DNA of 64,000 bases from a virus: IMG/VR virus record IMGVR_UViG_3300024349_000035, one strand, 5' to 3'. The notes under the pieces were generated by a model. It saw nothing but the letters and a program-made list of their open reading frames with translations. It had not been told where the DNA came from and searched no databases. Made by a program: the position numbers and the translations under genes. Position 1 is the stretch's first letter. The number at the start of each line of letters is the position of its first letter. Below are positions 1 to 6,615 of the stretch, in pieces.

Positions 1-135
1 TGCGTGTTCAACAATGTCGCGGTTGGTCAGGTTGTTGATCGCGCGCTGCATCTTCCGCTGCGCCTCGGCTAGATTGCTTGCCTCTACCCGAACCTCAATC
101 TCCAGCGTGACCGTACCGAGCAACATATACTGCAT
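1..135 (-). CDS. hypothetical protein, partial (runs off window start)
   Basis: ATG at 135 with GGAG RBS; open frame MQYMLLGTVTLEIEVRVEASNLAEAQRK... to position 1. Confidence 0.55.
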   Translation of the reverse strand, partial: MQYMLLGTVTLEIEVRVEASNLAEAQRKMQRAINNLTNRDIVEHA

Positions 136-162
136 GAGTAGACTCCTGTTAGATGTGCGAAG

Positions 163-783
163 CTAACCTTGCTGGACTTTGGGCTTGCGTGGGCGGATTG
201 CCGCTGTTGGCCCATACGCCGCCAAGACCTTGACTGATGTCAGGGATACCTTGTACGTGTTGGCGACTTCCTGATACCACGCGGTCTTGGTCACGCCAGC
301 GGGAATGTCAAGCGCATCCCGGCAGATGGCCTCGCGTGTAGGCATGGGGATTTTGAGCATCGATTTTCCTTCGTCACTCTGCCCCAGGATACGTTCGGCC
401 TCCTGCGCGATTGCTTCAACTGCACGCTCCGCTGCTGTATCCAGAGCGACCTTCGCCTGCACTTGCGGCGTATCCCGCAGGACGATCTTGATGTCCTCCT
501 GATACCCGTCTACCAAGCGGTTCGCCTGATCCAGCCAGCCTTGCCAGCGCCGGGTTGTGATCCCGTCCAGGCCAAGTCCCACGACCAGTTCTGCGCGAAG
601 CTGCGCACGCAGGGCGACAGTGTAGCCCAAACTGATCCACTTCTCGTTGTGCGCTGACAGTGACCCGCCCGCGTGGTTCAAGTCCTCGCGCTCTCCCCGT
701 TCCCACGTCGATAAATCCAGCGGAGCCGTGTGAAGGGATAGATGTCCGTTGCCGTTGCTGTGTCCATTACCGTTGTTCTGCAT
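163..783 (-). CDS. hypothetical phage protein, possible C-terminal HTH
   Basis: 206 aa ORF with GGAG RBS; C-terminal helical segment TKTAWYQEVANTYKVSLTSVKVL is HTH-like. Confidence 0.65.
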   Translation of the reverse strand: MQNNGNGHSNGNGHLSLHTAPLDLSTWERGEREDLNHAGGSLSAHNEKWISLGYTVALRAQLRAELVVGLGLDGITTRRWQGWLDQANRLVDGYQEDIKIVLRDTPQVQAKVALDTAAERAVEAIAQEAERILGQSDEGKSMLKIPMPTREAICRDALDIPAGVTKTAWYQEVANTYKVSLTSVKVLAAYGPTAAIRPRKPKVQQG

Positions 784-813
784 GTTACTCTCCTGATAGA
801 TGATATAGAACGT

Positions 814-1047
814 TTACTGTGCCGCGCCTGATGGCAGGCTGGCGTACCACAACACAAACGCCAAGACCAGAGCAGCAATCGTCATGGTCGCGGCGCATCC
901 GACGAACTCTTTGGCTTCATTCCAGCTATCTTCACGCCAGAGGATGATGCCAACCGCCCATATTGCGATATTGATGGTCGGGTAGCCGATGATGATGGCG
1001 TACTTGAGGATGTCCCCGATGATCCGGTTCACGTCTGCCTGTGTCAC
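814..1047 (-). CDS. small membrane protein (2 TM)
   Basis: Probable GTG start at 1047 overlapping the upstream TAG; two hydrophobic stretches. Confidence 0.55.
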   Translation of the reverse strand: MTQADVNRIIGDILKYAIIIGYPTINIAIWAVGIILWREDSWNEAKEFVGCAATMTIAALVLAFVLWYASLPSGAAQ

Positions 1048-1244
1048 TAGTCCTGATCCTTCTGCTTCTTGAGTTCGGCTTTGATCTTGCGCACGAGATC
1101 GCCCGTACTGATCCCGTCCCAAATCAGGGTGAAGTGAAGCTGATCCCCTTCCCACCAGTAGCGCATACGCACACCATCGGGTAGATAATGCAGGATGGCT
1201 TGCTCCAGATACTTCTCGACGTTCTTGCGTTGGGCTTCACTCAT
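1047..1244 (-). CDS. hypothetical protein
   Basis: MSEAQRKNVEKYLEQ...; ATGA overlap with the upstream stop at 1241. Confidence 0.6.
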   Translation of the reverse strand: MSEAQRKNVEKYLEQAILHYLPDGVRMRYWWEGDQLHFTLIWDGISTGDLVRKIKAELKKQKDQD

Positions 1245-1519
1245 GTACGCCGTTGACCCCTGTGTACTGCATTGTCCTGATAGTGGTGACGCATATTCTG
1301 GACGCGCGGCCTGCCCATGAAACCACAGCGCTGACAGGTGAACTCCATCTGACGGTAGCCGACTTCCTGCCGCATGTTGCAGCGTGGACAGGTCACGATC
1401 CATGTGCGCGCCTTACACAAGCGCACGTATCGCACCTGATGGGCCTCACGCTGAAACGCGGCACGTGGGGTAGGTGTGTAATATTGGCGCTGGTGGATGC
1501 CTTTCGGCTTGTCGCTCAT
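1241..1519 (-). CDS. zinc-ribbon protein
   Basis: CPRC...CQRC motif pair. Confidence 0.65.
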   Translation of the reverse strand: MSDKPKGIHQRQYYTPTPRAAFQREAHQVRYVRLCKARTWIVTCPRCNMRQEVGYRQMEFTCQRCGFMGRPRVQNMRHHYQDNAVHRGQRRT

Positions 1520-1647
1520 TGAGAAGGGGTCATCTTTCTGTGTAGCTTCCTGTGGAAGATGGGGGAGCCGGACTAGTATCCCCGGCCCTACGCTTGTTCT
1601 AGAATTGCGCGTGCGTATTGCCTAGCCTTTCCACACTGTCCCCCAAC

Positions 1648-1722
1648 GGTAGATGCCGTGCTATCCCGCTTACACCAGACTGCTTACGCGGCATGGGCCT
1701 CGAACCCAAACCTGCATCTACC
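1648..1722 (-). ncRNA. YrlA/Y-RNA-like circularly permuted tRNA mimic
   Basis: Minus strand reads GGTAGATGC-AGGT-TTGGG TTCGAGG CCCAT-GCCGC GTAA GCAGTC-TG-GTGT AAGCGGGAT AGCAC-G-GCATCTACC: 9-bp terminal stem, T arm, loop-closed imperfect acceptor stem, then D arm. Confidence 0.7.
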
Positions 1723-1727
1723 CAAAG

Positions 1728-1793
1728 CATCCCGGCAGGAATTGAACCTGCGCACTCACCCGCTATATTCATCGGGGGCTTCCCTTCGGGATG
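1728..1793 (-). ncRNA. tRNA-like element lacking a D arm
   Basis: 7-bp acceptor stem CATCCCG/CGGGATG, T arm GCAGG TTCAATT CCTGC, CCCG/CGGG stem with 10-nt loop; no D stem, no encoded CCA. Confidence 0.6.
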
Positions 1794-1878
1794 ACATGCC
1801 CGGTTGCTTTTATACGAGTGCAGCCGACAAGTGTCTCGTTGTCATAAGTCTCGAACCGTCCCGGCGAGATGCCGGAAG

Positions 1879-1966
1879 TGCGCTGGCGGGAGTCGAACCC
1901 ACACCTGTCTGCGGCTGTTGTTGCCGACATTGCAGACCGTACTCGCCCCACCTATACGACAGCGCA
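1879..1966 (-). ncRNA. tRNA-like element with a 19-nt anticodon loop
   Basis: Acceptor TGCGCTG/CAGCGCA, D arm GTAT/GTAC, stem GTCTGC/GCAGAC around AATGTCGGCAACAACAGCC, variable loop AGGT, T arm GTGGG TTCGACT CCCGC. Confidence 0.7.
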
Positions 1967-2037
1967 ATCCATCAAACAGTACAACCAACACCCTACTGTC
2001 ACACGCAACAGGTAAAGGAGGAAACCCTGCTGCGAAG

Positions 2038-2092
2038 GCGCTGGCGGGACTCGAACCCGCATCTTTTCATTCTGCCCGTTGAACTACAGCGC
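2038..2092 (-). ncRNA. 55-nt tRNA-like element with no anticodon arm
   Basis: GCGCTG-TA-GTTC AACGGGCA GAAT-GAAAAGAT-GCGGG TTCGAGT CCCGC-CAGCGC; only 8 nt between the D and T arms. Confidence 0.7.
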
Positions 2093-2147
2093 ACTCTCAG
2101 ACCATGAAAAACCAGCTTCACGGCGGGAGGATAAGCCCGCCGCTAGA

Positions 2148-2214
2148 GCGCTGGCGGGGACTTGAACCCCGCATCACCATGAACTACGGCGCTTTTACCG
2201 TTAAACTACAGCGC
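2148..2214 (-). ncRNA. degenerate tRNA-like element (paralog of the 1879 and 2038 elements)
   Basis: GCGCTG/CAGCGC acceptor, 6-bp T stem GCGGGG TTCAAGT CCCCGC, non-canonical anticodon loop (TAGTTCA; no U33 or purine 37), 2-nt variable region. Confidence 0.65.
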
Positions 2215-2338
2215 ATCCCGCTTCTACCCGCTGCGACTCGCTCAGTCCTGCTTGTGCATCTGTGAGTCGTGCGCCGCACGGCGCTTTTACAGTTGGGATA
2301 GATACGTCCCACCCACTTGTTAACGTTCACCGGGCATG

Positions 2339-2412
2339 ACACCGAAGGAAGGATTTGAACCTTCCGCCACTGATTTGCGTTAGTAGCGCTCCGTTCTACG
2401 TCATCGGCGTGT
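2339..2412 (-). ncRNA. degenerate tRNA-like element, Cys-like loop (GCA)
   Basis: Acceptor ACGCCGA/TCGGTGT, T arm GGAAGG TTCAAAT CCTTCC, bulged anticodon stem around ACGCAAA; no CCA. Confidence 0.5.
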
Positions 2413-2493
2413 GCATGGGCTTGAACCATGCCGCTGTCGTGTATCCTCAGATCGCCCTTGAAGCACCAGACGCTCCAACAACAACCTCAAGTT

Positions 2494-2522
2494 ATATTAG
2501 CATAGCTAACCTAACTTGTCAA
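2494..2522 (-). promoter_or_regulatory. sigma70-type promoter driving the tRNA-like array
   Basis: TTGACA-17 nt-TAATAT with extended -10 TG; spacer contains GTTAG twice. Confidence 0.75.
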
Positions 2523-2580
2523 TGAGATTTCCTTATAAGGTTCTCCATCGCAGCATAGCTGTAAATCCATTTTGCGAAGT

Positions 2581-3336
2581 CTACTGATCTTCCGAGGTAA
2601 CAATTCTCTGCATAGTCATAAACTGCCGCGCAGGAGCAACAAGCATTTGGGTAAGATGAGTGGCAACCTGGGTACTCAATTGCTGCTTGGTATCGGGTGA
2701 AGACAACAAAAGGATGTTAGCAATTTGAGCCGTTCGCCATGTTTTGAAGCGTGGCGCGTGACTGGTTCTAAAGAGGTCAATACTGGCTTGTGCAGGCGAG
2801 GCATAACTCAAGAGGATAAACACCCCTTTGTCGTTTCCCGTCAACACGTCGAACTGTACCCCTTGCTGTGCGTTCCACGCAGCATCTGGCACTGTAAGCG
2901 AACGTAGATTGGACACCGGAATCTCTGCCGCGACCAGCGAGTTGACTGATTCTTGTGCGCTTGCTGCTAGAAGCGGCACAACTGTTATGGTCGGCAGGAT
3001 CTCAGATGCTTGCCGCACGAGAAAGGCTGTTCCAAGACAGACGGCAACGATCAACAACGCGCTGATACCAATAATCGCCAGTTCTTGTTGTCGGCGGGGA
3101 TAGGATGGCTTTGAAACGGATAGTGTTTGCGCAGAACGAGCGGGAGTAGCTACTGCTGGGGTGCGCTTCGGCTCGATTACTTGTGCGGTGGCTGTTGCGG
3201 ACTGGAGGGACACGCTCGATCTTGAAGCTGAGGGTCGTGTTGTCTGCCGCGTTTCAATCACCCGCAGCATTTCCTGGGTCTTACGCTTCTTGATTTCCTG
3301 GTTCAGCGAGAACTTCTCAGGTTGTTGTACGGTCAT
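2581..3336 (-). CDS. single-pass membrane protein
   Basis: Probable start MTVQQPEK at 3336 (ATGA overlap with the upstream stop); one TM segment LAIIGISALLIVAVCLGTAFLV. Confidence 0.65.
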   Translation of the reverse strand: MTVQQPEKFSLNQEIKKRKTQEMLRVIETRQTTRPSASRSSVSLQSATATAQVIEPKRTPAVATPARSAQTLSVSKPSYPRRQQELAIIGISALLIVAVCLGTAFLVRQASEILPTITVVPLLAASAQESVNSLVAAEIPVSNLRSLTVPDAAWNAQQGVQFDVLTGNDKGVFILLSYASPAQASIDLFRTSHAPRFKTWRTAQIANILLLSSPDTKQQLSTQVATHLTQMLVAPARQFMTMQRIVTSEDQ

Positions 3337-3824
3337 GGGATCACTCGTGCCGTGACGGGGGATACTGCAATTGAGCCATCTTTGGCCTGAATAACAATCG
3401 ACTTTGGGCAAAGTGTCAGGTCGGCTTTCGCTTCGGAGAGGAGGGGATTAAACAGGAACGTCCTTGCCACCCCCTCATTGCTTGTGACCGGACGAGGATC
3501 GCCATATAACCCTGTGCCAACCGCTTGCTCGGTACTGCCTGTCAGGGTTGTCACATCTTCATCGGTTGTCCCGTACACAACCAGTCCGGTCAAGTGGGTT
3601 GATGGTTGTGCCATACATTCGGCGCTTTCGATAACAATCTGGTGTGTTCCAGTCGTGTCGTGCTTTACGCCAAGTGCGCCACCAACGACACCCGTGACGC
3701 GCTGTGTTGCGAGGCCAAGTAAGAAGGCGGCGAGAATCACGACAACCGCGACGAGTGCGAGGATGAGAGCGTACTCGACAAGCGCTTGTCCTGTTTGGTA
3801 TTGCCGAAAGTACCTGTACTTCAT
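3333..3824 (-). CDS. Flp/type IVb pilin-like N-terminus with C-terminal globular extension
   Basis: GQALVEYALILALVAVVVILAAFLLG matches the Flp prepilin signature G|xxxxEY plus hydrophobic helix. Confidence 0.75.
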   Translation of the reverse strand: MKYRYFRQYQTGQALVEYALILALVAVVVILAAFLLGLATQRVTGVVGGALGVKHDTTGTHQIVIESAECMAQPSTHLTGLVVYGTTDEDVTTLTGSTEQAVGTGLYGDPRPVTSNEGVARTFLFNPLLSEAKADLTLCPKSIVIQAKDGSIAVSPVTARVIP

Positions 3825-4079
3825 TAGACCAACCTTCTTGCGAGTCGTAAAACTACTCTTACCCTAAGTGTAACGAGCGCAGCAATACCCTTTAGTGACA
3901 AATATCACATACTCGTATGACATTTATCCTTGCGCGCCCGGTAAGAGTGCTTAATATGTCTGACAAGAAATAATGTTTTCTCTGCGCCGCCTTACTGTTA
4001 CGTTACTGCACATACTATATTTCCTCCGCTGCTCCCTGTCCGTGCCGTAACGAACAGTCCCCTCCTCCGGGAGAATTTT

Positions 4080-6485
4080 ATGCAGTCGTCACTCAAGCGC
4101 TGGATCGTGTTCGGACTGACCCTCGTTCTTCTTGCAACCATCAGCTTATTGTTACTCCCAATGAGTATCGCCGCACTCGAACCCACACCTGATCCGTGTG
4201 GAGATACTGGCCCACTCGCACCGACCTTCCAACCGCCTTTTATAACGCCGGGCGGGGCAGGAGCAACACAAGGGGTAGTAGCACCATGTCCGACGAAGCC
4301 GCAGAACGCGGGAACTGCGACTCGTACCCCAGTTTTCAAGAATCTAGCCACAAGTTCAAGTGGATCCCGTATCCCTCTCGTAGGACCATTGTCAAATACA
4401 GAGATAGTAAATCAGTCCCAAATTGCCTTCACCCAGTTAGGTGCTACAGGAAACTATTGGGCTGATGAAATTTTTGTAATCAATCCGGACGGGACTAATC
4501 TAATACGGCTTACCCAAGACCCCGGTCACACTGGAAAGGATTATCCGGCGTGGGCTCCTGACAGACAGCGAATTGCATACGTCTCAGCCACCAGCGGTAT
4601 TGCTATAGTAGACCTTCAGAATAACATTCGTATCCTCTTTGAGACTAATTCTCCTCAAATGTTTGAATATACCTACCCTGTTTGGATCGATAATGATCGT
4701 TTAGCTTTCTTAGGACGAGTCTATCTATCGTCTACTGGTTTTGAACTTTTCACGGTTGATTCGCGTAGTAGCAACCCTCAACCGCAGCAACTTACACACA
4801 CAAATTATACTATATATGGATATGGAGGACTGGCAATTGCACCTGATGGGAGCAGATTTGCTTATGTGACTCTCAAAGATACTGCTCAGTCTTGGGTAAA
4901 GCTCTACGGAATCTATGTAATTAAAACTGATGGCACTGATGCTAACAATCCTGTTGCTCTCTATCCAGATGCTACGACACTTGGTATATCATCTGTTACA
5001 TGGTCGCCAGACGGAACAAAGCTGCTTTTTATAAGCGGATCACCTTCAAATAACATCTACACCATACCGACCTCTGGCCCTGTAGTTCCTACAACAATCC
5101 GTGTAGGAACTAGCCATCATACAAGTGTCGCGTGGTCTTCAGATAGTACACGAATTGCCTTTACATCAGACGAAGCGGATGGATTCCATGTCCGTGAGGA
5201 TCTCTATGTAATGAATGCTGATGGAACTAGTGCAACTATGGTCTACCAAAATGTCTTCAGAGGGATTAGTTGGTCATCCTCTAATATTGTTCCTGAGTAT
5301 TGGTACATCACTTGTCACAATCTTCATGTGGTGGCTAACGGTGAGGACATGTTAGGAAAAATGAATGTTTATGCTCAACCTAAAAGTGAAACCGCAGACG
5401 GTAAGCCAATAAAAGCGATAGCGCAACTTCCAGTAGGTACACGTGTGTTACGTATGAACCCAATGGAAGAATTCACTGATACTCATGTAGATGGACGAGT
5501 GATTAAGCGGGTTGCAATTCTTTGGCCTCCTAGTGGCACAAGTATTGCGTACATAGCAATTAGCGACTCGAACTATCCTAATGATGGAGCCTATCTAACC
5601 CGAACCCGCGATCCTCTGTGTCCACTTGAAGAACTGCCCACACCTGTTCCTCCTACCTTTACCCCAACGCCAAGACCGGGAACTCCTACTCCTACATTTA
5701 CTGGCCCTCTCGATTTAGGCGATAATTGGGGACAGTTACAATATACACCTGCTTCAATATTTGGTGAAGGATATAACCCAATTGCGTTAGTAGGCATTGG
5801 TCAACTCGAAGTGTTACCTATTAGAAATTATACTGTCGCGGAAGTGGATGCGATGGTTCATTTAGAGGGCACAATTGATGTTATGCCTGCAAGTTTTGAA
5901 AAGTGTGTGGACAAATTCTTACCTTGTCGACAAGAAGTAATCTCGGTTTATTCACCCTTTTGGGGCTGTGTTTATTACCCAGGCAGTGGAACAACTGTAG
6001 TAATCCACGTTAGTCGTGCGCCATTAGTCGATTCGAATACCAATGAACCCCTAGCTAAATGTACCACATCAGTATGGAACAATTCTGCCAATGGAATGGA
6101 AGGTGTTCCACCCAACAATCCACAAATACAATTTATTCTCACACACCTCAATCCTTCTAGTATCAGAGCTGATATACAGAATAAGCTAATTGGGCCCAAG
6201 AAGGTACTGCTAATCAAACCTGGTGACAAAATTGGGGAATTATGTCTTCCCGACCCGGTGATATTTGCTGCTAATTGTGGAAATCCACTTCCACATTTAG
6301 CAATGCAACTTCGCTATCATCAAGGGTCGAAAAAAGGATTTTTTGCTGCAACTCGAACTCAGTTCGCCGCAGTTTTCAGTGCATATTGCTTTTTCAACCG
6401 TTACCGAAACACCACATCTACGACAATCGAGGCCGATGAGAAAACATTCTTTAGTTCTTGGAATACCTGTTATCGAGCAGGATAG
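4080..6485 (+). CDS. secreted protein: TolB/PD40-type beta-propeller, possible SH3-like region, Pro/Thr linker, degenerate M23-like domain
   Basis: Signal/TM N-terminus; repeats PAWAPDRQRIAY, SVTWSPDGTKLLF, SVAWSSDSTRIAF, LYVMNADGT; C-terminal VYSPFWGCV...THL...IKPGDKIG...PHLAMQL. Confidence 0.75.
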   Translation: MQSSLKRWIVFGLTLVLLATISLLLLPMSIAALEPTPDPCGDTGPLAPTFQPPFITPGGAGATQGVVAPCPTKPQNAGTATRTPVFKNLATSSSGSRIPLVGPLSNTEIVNQSQIAFTQLGATGNYWADEIFVINPDGTNLIRLTQDPGHTGKDYPAWAPDRQRIAYVSATSGIAIVDLQNNIRILFETNSPQMFEYTYPVWIDNDRLAFLGRVYLSSTGFELFTVDSRSSNPQPQQLTHTNYTIYGYGGLAIAPDGSRFAYVTLKDTAQSWVKLYGIYVIKTDGTDANNPVALYPDATTLGISSVTWSPDGTKLLFISGSPSNNIYTIPTSGPVVPTTIRVGTSHHTSVAWSSDSTRIAFTSDEADGFHVREDLYVMNADGTSATMVYQNVFRGISWSSSNIVPEYWYITCHNLHVVANGEDMLGKMNVYAQPKSETADGKPIKAIAQLPVGTRVLRMNPMEEFTDTHVDGRVIKRVAILWPPSGTSIAYIAISDSNYPNDGAYLTRTRDPLCPLEELPTPVPPTFTPTPRPGTPTPTFTGPLDLGDNWGQLQYTPASIFGEGYNPIALVGIGQLEVLPIRNYTVAEVDAMVHLEGTIDVMPASFEKCVDKFLPCRQEVISVYSPFWGCVYYPGSGTTVVIHVSRAPLVDSNTNEPLAKCTTSVWNNSANGMEGVPPNNPQIQFILTHLNPSSIRADIQNKLIGPKKVLLIKPGDKIGELCLPDPVIFAANCGNPLPHLAMQLRYHQGSKKGFFAATRTQFAAVFSAYCFFNRYRNTTSTTIEADEKTFFSSWNTCYRAG

Positions 6486-6615
6486 CCATACACTATAGTA
6501 GTGAATGGATGAGATAAATGAAGTCAATGCCTCTCTATACCACCACAACAACTTGTTGTCAAAATACTTCCAGATGACTATCAGCGCCCTTATGCATGAA
6601 ATGAGAGGACTTGTA

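Noticed and set aside
1795-1876. Possible second YrlA-like RNA (TTCGAGA loop, GACAA/TTGTC stem, TGC/GCA stem)
   Set aside because: The T stem has only about 2 pairs and the terminal stem is ambiguous; cannot be supported without covariation.
1879-2214. CRISPR array (repeated GCGCTGGCGGG...CAGCGC units with unique spacers)
   Set aside because: Units are tRNA-like with variable interiors and irregular spacing; no cas genes.
1879-2412. Calling these functional tRNA-Asn (GTT) or tRNA-Cys (GCA) genes
   Set aside because: Anticodon loops lack U33 or purine 37, or have the wrong size; arm spacing is abnormal and no CCA is encoded. Kept as tRNA-like only.
2400-2470. T arm GCATGG TTCAAGC CCATGC as a further tRNA-like gene
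   Set aside because: No matching acceptor or D arm found; counted only as an isolated T-loop hairpin.
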